Of a stretch of 64,000 nt of DNA, positions 27,189-36,102 are shown in pieces. The number at the start of each line of letters is the position of its first letter. Position 1 is the stretch's first letter. Made by a program: the position numbers and the translations under genes. The stretch comes from an uncultured Gammaproteobacteria bacterium (GTDB lineage Bacteria; Pseudomonadota; Gammaproteobacteria; Steroidobacterales; Steroidobacteraceae), in the NCBI GenBank assembly GCA_963749775.1, contig CAVVPB010000003.1:402004-466003 (forward strand), read 5' to 3'. The notes beneath the pieces were generated by a model, which saw nothing but the letters and a program-made list of their open reading frames with translations, was not told where the DNA came from and made no database searches.

Positions 27189-27311
27189 TCAAGGCGCTTG
27201 GTTTAGCTCCGCCTTCGCCGCGATCGAATCATTGACTGCGATGACGGCAAAGGGCATCAGCGCAAGAATCATCGAAAGAAATACTGCACCGAGGTTGGCG
27301 AGGGCTTTCAT
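27189..27311 (-). CDS. Possible 40-aa hydrophobic peptide
   Basis: GGGAGA-N5-ATG, then MKALANLGAVFLSMILALMPFAVIAVNDSIAAKAELNQAP. No family recognised. Confidence 0.25.
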   Translation of the reverse strand: MKALANLGAVFLSMILALMPFAVIAVNDSIAAKAELNQAP

Positions 27312-27527
27312 GAGCATCTCCCGACTGTGGACCTTGGAGGCACTGTAGTCGGCGACTTGGCATGCCGTGCGGCGATGCGCCAAACCGGCCTTTCTGCGGC
27401 GTGAACGGCAGGGGAGGAGCGCGAACGGTGCCTAAGACTTCAGGAGTGGCTTAGCTTGCGCGCAAGCAAGGGACCCGTGATCTGATGGCATTTGGGATAG
27501 CGCCGCCGCTTAATGGAGCACGCGTTT

Positions 27528-27590
27528 ATGCGGTCGGCGCGATTTGACGCTCGAACAAGGGAGCCCCGACCGCATGCTAAAATTTTATTT
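27528..27590 (+). promoter_or_regulatory. Leader hairpin (10-bp arms ATGCGGTCGG/CCGACCGCAT, 28-nt loop) followed by AAAATTTTATTTT and the RBS
   Basis: Read directly. It sits immediately 5' of the persulfide dioxygenase gene. A 14-bp perfect palindrome GCTTGCGCGCAAGC lies at 27454-27467. Confidence 0.35.
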
Positions 27591-27602
27591 TGAGGAGAAC
27601 TC

Positions 27603-28646
27603 ATGATCTTCGAATCGGTGTCCAGCGGCGGCTGCCGCTCTTATCTGATCGGTTGCGAGGAAAGCTGCGCGGCGGCGCTGATCGATCCGGAATTGAGCCA
27701 AATTGATCGTTACACGGCGCTGGCCGCACGGCACGGACTGCGCATCCACTATCTCATCGATACGCATACACATGCCGATCATTTTTCAGCGACACGACAA
27801 CTCGCGCGGCAGTTCGATGTGCCCGTCGTCATGCATCGCTTGAGCCCAGCGCCTTTCGTGAATCTGCGTCTGGAGGGCGGCGAACTGCTGGTGATCGGCC
27901 ATCTACGCCTGCAGGCGCTGCACACACCGGGTCACACGAAAGATTCTATGTGCCTGCAGGTCGAGGATCGGGTGTTCACCGGCGACACGTTGCTGATCGG
28001 AGCGACCGGCCGTACCGATCTGCCGACCGGTGACGCCGAGGCATTGTACGATAGTCTGTTTAACGGAGTACTGAAGCTCGATCCGGCGCTGAAGGTGTTC
28101 CCCGCGCATGAATACAAGGGACGTTCCCACTCGACCATAGGCCAGGAGCTGGCTGACAACCCGCGCCTGCAGAAGCGCGAACGCGGTGCGTTCATCGACA
28201 TGATGCACAGCCTGAATCTCACCATGCCCACGCATGTCACCGAGGCCCTGCGAACCAACATGAGCGGCGGAAAAACCGTCGCGCAAATGCTCTCCGACGC
28301 GGCGGCATCGGTGCCGTTCATGTCGATGGCAGAGCTCGTGGCGAGCATTGAGGGCCGCCGCGCAGAGCTGATCGTCCTGGACGTGCGCGAGCGTGACGCC
28401 TACGAATCCGGGCATATTTCCGGTGCGCGGCACCTGCCGCGCGGACAGCTGGAACTGCGAGTCAACGACGAGTTGAAAGACCCGACCCAGCGAATTATCG
28501 TTTGCTGCGAGTTCGGACGCATTTCGACTCTAGCGACGGCGACGCTCCGGTCGATGGGATTTCAGGGTGCGGTGGCGCTCGATGGCGGTATGAAGGCGTG
28601 GCGCGAAGCAAACAACGCGGTGATTGAGGGCAAGAAGCCCGCATAA
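27603..28646 (+). CDS. Persulfide dioxygenase (ETHE1-like MBL fold) fused to a rhodanese domain
   Basis: GAGGAG-N5-ATG. SYLIGC..AALIDP..IDTHTHADHFS..TPGHT..GDTLLIG..TDLP. C-terminal rhodanese ..LIVLDVRERDAYESGHISGARHLP..IIVCCEFGRIS. Confidence 0.85.
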   Translation: MIFESVSSGGCRSYLIGCEESCAAALIDPELSQIDRYTALAARHGLRIHYLIDTHTHADHFSATRQLARQFDVPVVMHRLSPAPFVNLRLEGGELLVIGHLRLQALHTPGHTKDSMCLQVEDRVFTGDTLLIGATGRTDLPTGDAEALYDSLFNGVLKLDPALKVFPAHEYKGRSHSTIGQELADNPRLQKRERGAFIDMMHSLNLTMPTHVTEALRTNMSGGKTVAQMLSDAAASVPFMSMAELVASIEGRRAELIVLDVRERDAYESGHISGARHLPRGQLELRVNDELKDPTQRIIVCCEFGRISTLATATLRSMGFQGAVALDGGMKAWREANNAVIEGKKPA

Positions 28647-28693
28647 CGGCCCGTCACCCGACCCCATGGCGCCGAACGAGGGGGGCGGGACGA

Positions 28694-29212
28694 TTATTTC
28701 GAGCGCGTCCTGCCCATGAAGTCTCGCTTGCCGAGCGGCAGGCCTTTCCAGCGCAGGATGTCGTAGGCGGTCGATGCGTGGAAGTAGAAATTCGGCTGCG
28801 AGAAGGACAGCAGAAAATTCTCCGCGGTGAAATCGATCCGCCGGTCGCCGAATGCGAAGCGCATGTCGCGGCCGACGAAAGCGTCCATCTCGGCCGGTTC
28901 AATCGCCGCAAGCCCCGCGAGTGCGGCGGCGATGTACTCTTTCATCGCGGTAAAGTCCCCGGGCGGCGGCGTCATATCGGGAGAGAACACACCTTTGCGA
29001 ACGCCTTCGATGGCTCCCAGCGAATGCACCACGGTGGACTTTACCTGATAGGCAAACGGCAGCATGTCCGGGGCGAGTCGAGCCTGCACGATATCATCGG
29101 CGGCGATCTTGTTGTCCGTGCAGTGCCGCTCCGCTTTGGTGAGCAAGCCTGCGACGGCACCCAGAGTCTGTTGATACGAAGGAATGGTGGCGGCGTAGAG
29201 CGAAATAGTCAT
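28694..29212 (-). CDS. DUF1993 family protein
   Basis: MTISLYAATIPSYQQTLGAVAGLLTKAE..ARLAPDMLPFAYQVKS..NFYFHASTAYDILR. Confidence 0.75.
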   Translation of the reverse strand: MTISLYAATIPSYQQTLGAVAGLLTKAERHCTDNKIAADDIVQARLAPDMLPFAYQVKSTVVHSLGAIEGVRKGVFSPDMTPPPGDFTAMKEYIAAALAGLAAIEPAEMDAFVGRDMRFAFGDRRIDFTAENFLLSFSQPNFYFHASTAYDILRWKGLPLGKRDFMGRTRSK

Positions 29213-29257
29213 GGCGTCCTCGGGAGTGATCGCGCTGTGGGGATCGATCGCCTAATT

Positions 29258-30682
29258 CTACACCCGAGGCGCGTCGCGGTGATCCATGAGCGCGAAGGCG
29301 CTCAATGAGGCAGCCGCGCAAGTTACCGCCCCCACGATCATCGCCACATGGAACGCCGCCACGAGCTGCTGGCCCTCCGATGCCAGAACGGAACCGAGCA
29401 GCGCCGTGGCGATGAGGCCGCCGGTGCGCGCCACCGCGCTATTGAGGCCCGATGCGGAGCCAGTATGCCGCGTATCGACCGAGGTGAGCACCGCCGTGGT
29501 GAGCGGCGCTACCGCCGCGCTCATGCCAAACGCGATCACCAGCAGCATCGGCAAAACGCCAACCCAGTAGTTGGCAGCGCCGTTGATCCTAAGGGCCAGC
29601 AAGAACCCTGCCGCGACGATCAGTGGGCCGATCGAAAGCGGCAGCCTCGGTCCGATCCGTCCGGCGATCGCCCCCGCAACCGGTGAGGCGACCGTTAGCA
29701 CCAGCGGCAACGGCAGCAATGCCGCACCGGCGGCAGTGCTGGAGTAGCCCGCGGCTTTAATCAGCACGTAGGGGACGAGCACGAATAGTTCGCCCATCGC
29801 GGCGTACAGAAGAAATGTAAATACCGTCAGTCCCACGAAATTTCTGGAGCTGAACAGGCCGAGCGGCATCATCGCGCGGTCGCCCCGCCGTCTCTCAACG
29901 TCTAAGAAAAGCAGGAGCAGGCCTACGGCTAAGGCGGCGGCGATCGATGCAGCGGAACTCCAACCACTCCCGCTCGAACCCTCGGTCAACGCCCAGGTCA
30001 GCGCGGCGAGTCCCACCGTGGCCAGTATGCCCCCAAGGCCATCGAGCGAAGAATCGGGGCGGCTTTTCACGTGAGGGACAAAGCGCCACGCCAGGACGAT
30101 GGCCGCGAGCGCGATCGGCAGATTGATCAGAAATATCGCTCGCCAACTGCCCATGTCGATGAGCCAACCTCCGATCACCGGTCCGACCGCACCCAGCGCG
30201 GCTCCCGTCGCCGCCCAGATGCCGATGGCACGCCCCCTGGATTCACCGGAAAACGTCTGGCCGAGGATGGCAAGACTGCTGGGCATAAGCATGGCGGCGC
30301 CGACGCCTTGCAGCGCTCGACAGGCAAGCAGGGAGCGAAGTCCCGGCGCCAACGCACAACCGAGCGAGGCCAGGGCGAACAGTGCCGTGCCAAGGATCAG
30401 CAGCCTGCGGCGGCCGAAGTAGTCGCCGGCCGCGCCGCCCAGCAACAGCAAGGCGCTCAACGGCAGCAGATAAGCGTTAATGACCCACTGCAGCGCGCCG
30501 GCATCGGCATTGAAACTCTGCGCCATTGCGGGCAGCGCGACGTTGACCACCGAGCCATCCACAAAAGCGAGACCTGAGGCCAGTATGGTGCCCGTCAATA
30601 TGAGCGTCGGATGAGAGGACGTCGGTGCGGGTGTTGCCGAGTGAGCGGCGGCAGAATCGCAGAAAGGATACATGGCGCTCAT
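29258..30682 (-). CDS. MFS transporter, DHA2 (EmrB/QacA-like, about 14 TMS)
   Basis: ..ASGLAFVDGSVVNVALPAM..LGGAAGDYFGRRRLLILG.. and many TM segments. ATG 30682 avoids overlap with the upstream gene. The ORF track extends to 30709. Confidence 0.8.
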   Translation of the reverse strand: MSAMYPFCDSAAAHSATPAPTSSHPTLILTGTILASGLAFVDGSVVNVALPAMAQSFNADAGALQWVINAYLLPLSALLLLGGAAGDYFGRRRLLILGTALFALASLGCALAPGLRSLLACRALQGVGAAMLMPSSLAILGQTFSGESRGRAIGIWAATGAALGAVGPVIGGWLIDMGSWRAIFLINLPIALAAIVLAWRFVPHVKSRPDSSLDGLGGILATVGLAALTWALTEGSSGSGWSSAASIAAALAVGLLLLFLDVERRRGDRAMMPLGLFSSRNFVGLTVFTFLLYAAMGELFVLVPYVLIKAAGYSSTAAGAALLPLPLVLTVASPVAGAIAGRIGPRLPLSIGPLIVAAGFLLALRINGAANYWVGVLPMLLVIAFGMSAAVAPLTTAVLTSVDTRHTGSASGLNSAVARTGGLIATALLGSVLASEGQQLVAAFHVAMIVGAVTCAAASLSAFALMDHRDAPRV

Positions 30683-30683
30683 G

Positions 30684-31430
30684 TCATGCGGCCACGCGGG
30701 CTTTTCCAAAGGTGCACTGTGGCGCCAGCGGGCAGCGAGTGCAATTTGGCTTGCTACGCTTGCACAGATGCTGGGCGTGGCGGCTGATCAAAAGATAGGC
30801 GCGGATCCTAGCGTCGAATGTTGCCGGCAGCGTTTCGAGCATGCGCTGTGCCTGCGCATAGGTGGCGGCATAATTAGCGTCCTCCGGCCCCGATTCCACG
30901 CGAACCAGGACGTGAGGACAGCTCGAAGGAACCGCCGCCGCCGGGAAAAGCCGAGCAAATAGTAAAATGCGATCGGCACCGGGATTGCCAATGCCCGGAA
31001 ATGTCTTGAGTAGTTTGCGCGCCTGGGCCGTCGGGAGTTCCGTGAGGGCCAGGTTCAGATCGCCCGCGTATTCGCCCAGGGTCCTTTGTGCGATCTCCTT
31101 CATGCGAGTTGCGCGCAGCTCCGGCACCATGCCGCCTGCCTTCAATGCTTGCGCAAGCCTTGCGGTCGATACCGAGATCAGTTGCTCCGGCGTTGCGCCA
31201 ATGTGGCCGGTTAGCGCTTTCCAGCCCTTCGAGCAGCGATCTTCGCTCGCCGGATAGCCGCAATGCCACCACACCAAGAACCCAAACGGGTCGGTCGGGG
31301 CAAACGGCGACTGTTTGCCGTACAGCGCTTCCAGCGCATCAAGAACTCTTACGATTTGCCGCGTCGCCACGTGTGTTGGGGTTGTTTTCGGGACCGTACG
31401 GGCGTTGCGCGTGGGTGCGATCCGCGACAC
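30684..31430 (-). CDS. Endonuclease III-like HhH-GPD protein with C-terminal Cys cluster
   Basis: ..LKTFPGIGNPGADRILLF.. (HhH-GPD). C-terminal CKRSKPNCTRCPLAPQC. The GTG start overlaps the alkB stop by 1 nt. Confidence 0.7.
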   Translation of the reverse strand: MSRIAPTRNARTVPKTTPTHVATRQIVRVLDALEALYGKQSPFAPTDPFGFLVWWHCGYPASEDRCSKGWKALTGHIGATPEQLISVSTARLAQALKAGGMVPELRATRMKEIAQRTLGEYAGDLNLALTELPTAQARKLLKTFPGIGNPGADRILLFARLFPAAAVPSSCPHVLVRVESGPEDANYAATYAQAQRMLETLPATFDARIRAYLLISRHAQHLCKRSKPNCTRCPLAPQCTFGKARVAA

Positions 31431-32629
31431 TACAAGGTAAGGTGGCCTTCGAGCCCGGCACGGTATTTGGCGAACAGCCGATCCTTCTTGGCCGGATCCA
31501 CGTTGATTTTGGTGATGTCACCGTTCGCCCACCGCAACAGCTTCGGGTCCATCACCTTGAACCACAGCCACGGAAAGGCCGCCAGCCCAAACGAGCCCGG
31601 ATAGCCGCTGGGCAAGCGCGGCAGATCCTCGAAATCGCGCAGCGTTTGATAGGGGCGCAGCGCATTCGCATGATGATCGGAATGACGCTGCAAATGAAAA
31701 GTCAGAAGATTGGAAAAGACGTGATTGGTATTCCATGAATGACGCGGCTTGCAAGCCCCGTAGCGACCGCCCGGCATCTGCTGCCGCAGCAGGCCGTAGT
31801 GTTCGACATAGTTGGCCTGCGTAAGCCCGTACCATGCGTAAGTGTGGTGAATGATCAAAAAGGGCACGATGATCCAGCCGAAGGTCACGGCCAACGCGAC
31901 GCCGATGCTCAGCGTCAACAACCACGACGTCAATATGTGATTGCGCCACGTGAATGGCGCGAAACCGAGCTTTGACAGGCGTTCGCGCTCGTGATGCCAA
32001 CCCCGCTTGAAAGCGCCCGGAATCTCGCGCAGCACGAACTTGTAAATGCTTTCGCCCATGCGTGCGCTCGCGCAATCTTCCGGCGTAGCCACATGCACAT
32101 GATGGCCGACATTGTGCTCGATACAGAAGTGCCCATAGCCTACCAAGCCATTGGAGACTTGCGCGGCAATACGATCGGCACGGTTGTTCTTGTGGCCGAG
32201 TTCATGACCCAGCAAAATCGCGCCGCTGCTTTGGAAGCCGGTACCGAGCGCCAACACCGTGTAGGCCCACCACGGCAAGCGGTGGGTGCCGAGGAACCAC
32301 GCCACCACGAGGAAATTCACAAACAGCAATACGATGCCGACATACAAGAGCGCACGGTAATAGTTGTCGCGCGCCATCGGCCGCACCACCTCCTCGGGCG
32401 GATTGTGCGGATCCTCGCCCATGATTGCATCGATGATGGGTATCGCTACAAAGGTGTAGAGCAGCGGAAATAGCATCGTGAAGGGGTTGCCGCCGGTGGC
32501 AAAATACATGGCGATCGCAAGCGGCGGATAGAATCCGCCGGTGAGCGACAGAAGCCACCAGTAGCGCTTGCGATCGACGTAGCGAACCGTGTTCCCGTCT
32601 GCCGACTGTGCCACGAATTCCATGTCCAA
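31430..32629 (-). CDS. alkB: Alkane 1-monooxygenase-type integral-membrane di-iron hydroxylase
   Basis: His boxes HELGHK, EHNVGHH and LQRHSDHH. N-terminal TM hairpins. ..NYVEHYGL.. Confidence 0.85.
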   Translation of the reverse strand: MDMEFVAQSADGNTVRYVDRKRYWWLLSLTGGFYPPLAIAMYFATGGNPFTMLFPLLYTFVAIPIIDAIMGEDPHNPPEEVVRPMARDNYYRALLYVGIVLLFVNFLVVAWFLGTHRLPWWAYTVLALGTGFQSSGAILLGHELGHKNNRADRIAAQVSNGLVGYGHFCIEHNVGHHVHVATPEDCASARMGESIYKFVLREIPGAFKRGWHHERERLSKLGFAPFTWRNHILTSWLLTLSIGVALAVTFGWIIVPFLIIHHTYAWYGLTQANYVEHYGLLRQQMPGGRYGACKPRHSWNTNHVFSNLLTFHLQRHSDHHANALRPYQTLRDFEDLPRLPSGYPGSFGLAAFPWLWFKVMDPKLLRWANGDITKINVDPAKKDRLFAKYRAGLEGHLTL

Positions 32630-32668
32630 CCTCGCTCGAAAGCGCTGCTGTTTGGATCAGCCGGCGCG

Positions 32669-33412
32669 TCAAGTCGCCGCGAGCGACTTGCGCTTGCGGG
32701 TTTTCAGCCTGCTGGCGGGACGTGGCTCCGCAACCTTCGAGGGCTTGGAACTCCCGCTTGCCTCGCCGTGCAGGGACAGCAGCGACTCCAGGAGACCCTC
32801 ATCCGTGCTCGAACAAACCCCGAGCACGGTTGCCTCGTCGCAGCCTTCGGCGGTGACATAGGCGTGCCCCATGTTGCTGTCGATGTAAATCGATTCGCCC
32901 ACGTTGAGCACTACCGGATCGTAAAACTCGGTGAAAACCTTGATGCCGCCTTCCAAGACATAAATGTACTCCTCGCCCGAATGGCGGACGAGAGCGCCGA
33001 ATTCCTGGGCGCTCTTGGCGCGAATACGCGTCAAGATCGGGATCATGCGTTTCCTGCGCAATTCCGGGCATAGGTAGTGATAGTCGTAGTTCTTGGTGTT
33101 GACGCGCACCGCGTCATCGGTGCGGCCGATGCTGCGGCGCGCAGTCACCGCCGGTTCGACGCTGTCGGCGGCATCGGCGAACAATTCTGAAATTCGGATG
33201 TTGAGCCGCTGGCTCAATTGCACCAACTTATCGTAAGTGAGGGTCAGTCGATCATGCTCGACCTTCGAAAGCGTCGAGACCGGAATGTTGGTGCGCTGAC
33301 TCATTTCCTTCAGCGTCCAACCGTTTCGCGATCGAAGCGAGCGCAGCAGGCTGCCCAGCGTCGATTGACGCGTCTTTACGTCCATAGCAAAAGGCTTGTT
33401 CGCGGAATCCAA
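32669..33412 (-). CDS. XRE-family HTH regulator with C-terminal cupin domain
   Basis: ..LRSLRSRNGWTLKEMSQRTNIPVSTLSKVEHDRLTLTYDKLVQLSQRLN.. then ..EEYIYVLEGGIKVFTE..GESIYIDSNMGH.. Confidence 0.85.
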   Translation of the reverse strand: MDSANKPFAMDVKTRQSTLGSLLRSLRSRNGWTLKEMSQRTNIPVSTLSKVEHDRLTLTYDKLVQLSQRLNIRISELFADAADSVEPAVTARRSIGRTDDAVRVNTKNYDYHYLCPELRRKRMIPILTRIRAKSAQEFGALVRHSGEEYIYVLEGGIKVFTEFYDPVVLNVGESIYIDSNMGHAYVTAEGCDEATVLGVCSSTDEGLLESLLSLHGEASGSSKPSKVAEPRPASRLKTRKRKSLAAT

Positions 33413-33690
33413 TTTGCCCCCCGTCCCTAGCGGTTATTATCGTCCTAATCAGGACGTTTTTCTGAACTTTCGAAACACAAGCCTTTGCGCCCAGAAGTTG
33501 AGGATCCTTAAACGAGGACACTTGCTGCAGCATACCCGCGGTGCATGACAGGTCAACCGCCGGGCGCTGAAATCGCCGAAGAACATAGAGTTTAAGCTTC
33601 AGTGGCGTGAGCGAGTGCGCGCGCCGATCCTGAGTTTCCGTTGAACCGCGGAGAGTCCGGCCGAGCGCGCAATCCCCCGTAAACCTGCAC

Positions 33691-33729
33691 AGAGAATATA
33701 ATTGACAATTCTCTATACAGGACTACTCT
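33691..33729 (+). promoter_or_regulatory. Candidate sigma-70 promoter (TTGACA-N16-TACTCT) embedded in the inverted repeat AGAGAAT-N10-ATTCTCT
   Basis: TTGACA at 33702-33707 and TACTCT at 33724-33729. Inverted-repeat arms at 33691-33697 and 33708-33714. About 150 nt upstream of the TonB-dependent receptor ATG, in the region shared with the divergent XRE-cupin gene. Confidence 0.4.
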
Positions 33730-33877
33730 GTCTCAATCGCGCCATAGTTAAGAGATGCCTTCCGCGACAAGGGATCGATACCGGCGGATTTGAAAGTCCG
33801 CGAAATACATACGAACTCACGGCCGCATCTCTGGCGCCTTGGCAATTGAAAACCCAGAACAAAACAGGGGATGAATC

Positions 33878-36091
33878 ATGAACTCGACACTGAGACTTGC
33901 AATCCTTGCATCGTTAAGCGCGATCGGGCCATTTCTAGCGCAAGAGAGTAGGGCCGCAGATACGGCAGCGCCGGCGGACAGCGACGCGCTCGCGACGATC
34001 GTCGTCACGGCGGAAAAGCGCGAAGAAGCACTCAAGGATGTGCCCATGAGCGTGACCGCCTTGACCGGCAGCAGCCTCGACAAGCTGCAGGACAGAGAAT
34101 TCGCCGACTACGCGGCCCGGGTGCCGGGCCTGTCGCTGGTGAGCGGCGACAGCGGCCTCACCCGCTTGACCTTGCGCGGCCAGAATGCCGGCGGTGACGG
34201 CTCGACGGTGGCTGTTTATTTGGACGAATCGCCGTTCGGATCCAGCACCGCCTTGCTCAACGGTTCCGTCCTCAGTGGCGATTTCGATACCTGGGATCTG
34301 CAACGCATCGAGGTGCTGCGCGGACCGCAAGGCACCTTGTACGGCGCCAATAGCGAAGGCGGTCTTTTGAAGTTTGTCACTGTGGCTCCGGTGCTCGGCA
34401 GCTTCTCCGGCGCCGCCGAAGTAACGGGCGAGAGCGTTGCCCATGGCGGCAATGGCGGCGATGTGCGTGCGGTGCTGAACTTGCCGCTGGGCGACAAGGT
34501 CGCTTTCCGCATCAGCGGATTCGATCAGGATGTCCCCGGCTACATCGACGATCCGTTGAGCGGCCGCAGCGACGTGAACGATGGCCACAAGTACGGCGGC
34601 CGGGCTTCCCTGCTGGCCGCGCCTACGGATGATCTATCCATCCGCTTGACTGCTTCATCGCAGCAATCCAAATACAATGGATCCAACAGCGTCGATATCA
34701 ATCCGGTCACCTTGCAGCCTTCCCATGGCGATCTTACCCAGGAACGTCTTGTGCCCGAGCCGAGCAGTTTCAAGTACGAGAATTACAACGCGACTATCAA
34801 TTGGAATGCCGGACCGTTCAGCATTCTATCGACCACAAGCTACGGAATTTTGAATTCGGATACCGTCAGGGATGCCACCAACGTCCTCCTCCAGGCGACG
34901 CCCTTCCCGGTGACATATGGCGAGGCTCTCGGTTCCGGCGTCGTGCTCGACAACTCGGCAGACCTGCAGAAGTTCACCCAGGAGCTGCGCCTGTCGTCGG
35001 CGGCTTCGGATCGCCTGGAATGGCAAGTCGGCGGGTATTACACGCGTGAAACCGGACTCTTGGATCAGCACCTCAATGCGTTTCGCGGATCCCGGCGGCG
35101 GTTCTCTCGGCAACTTGGAGTTGTTGACACTGGCATCGACTTATAAAGAATGGGCCGGATTCGGCAATCTGACCTACCATTTCAACTCGCAGTTCGATCA
35201 TCCAAGGCGGCGGGCGCTGGTCGAGCAATGAGCAGACTGGCACCGAGACTGTCTCCGGACCCCTCGCAGGGCCCACACCCACCGAATTCAGCACGCCGTC
35301 GAAGGGCCACGTCTTCACCTATTCGCTGGCGCCGCGTTGGCATGTGGATGCGAACACCATGGTGTATGCGACGCCTGGCGACCGGCTTCCGACCGGGCGG
35401 TCCCAACGTGTTGCCGCCTGGCTTACCGGCTGGCGTGCCGCTTGAGTACGGCTCGGACAAGACCACCAACATCGAACTCGGGATTAGGTCGACCCAGCTC
35501 GAGGGTTTGCTGTCCATTGATGTCGCGGCATTCCACATCGATTGGACCAACATTCAGCTCCTCCAAACCTTTAGCGGCTTCACTGTCAATGGCAACGGCG
35601 GCAAGGCACGCAGCCAGGGACTCGAGTGGACCTTTGGATATATGCCGCTCCATGGCCTGACATTGAGCTGGACCGGCGCCTACACCGACGCAAAACTGAC
35701 GGAGCCCGTGCCGGCGCTGCACGGCGATTCCGGTGATCCGCTGCCGTACGCTCCGAAGTGGAGCACCTCGCTCGATGGTGAATACGACTGGGCTGCGTTC
35801 GCGGATTACAAAGGCTTTGTCGGGGGCACCTGGAGCTATGTCGGCACGAGGAGCACTGACTTCGGCAGTTCCGCCGACACCCTCTCGCAGGTAGAGTTGC
35901 CCAGCTACAATACCTACGCGGTTCGCCTCGGCCTCGACAACAATCGTTACCGCATTACGCTGTACGGCAAAAATCTCGGAGACACGCGCGGCATCACCAG
36001 CTATGTGAGCAGCAGTGCGCCGGGCCTTCAGGGCACAATGGGTGTCATTCAGCCGCGAACGATTGGCGTCACACTGTCTGCGAAATTCTAA
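33878..36091 (+). pseudogene. TonB-dependent outer-membrane receptor with three frame disruptions between about 35080 and 35365
   Basis: Signal peptide. Plug ..IVVTAEKREEALKDVPMSVTAL..RGQNAGGDGSTVAVYLDESP..IEVLRGPQGTLYGANSEGG. The barrel ends ..TLSAKF. The conserved path runs frame 2, then frame 3 (..LASTYKEWAGFGNLTYHFNSQFD), then frame 1 (QGGGRWSSNEQ..FTYSLAPRWHVDANTMVYA), then frame 2 (RLATGFRPGGPN..). Confidence 0.85.
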
Positions 36092-36102
36092 GGTCGCAGG
36101 GA

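Noticed and set aside
35144-35146. TAA between the two TonB-receptor ORFs as a nonsense mutation
   Set aside because: At this point the conserved protein is running in a different frame (..LASTYKEWAGFGNL..). The TAA is a by-product of the upstream frameshift.
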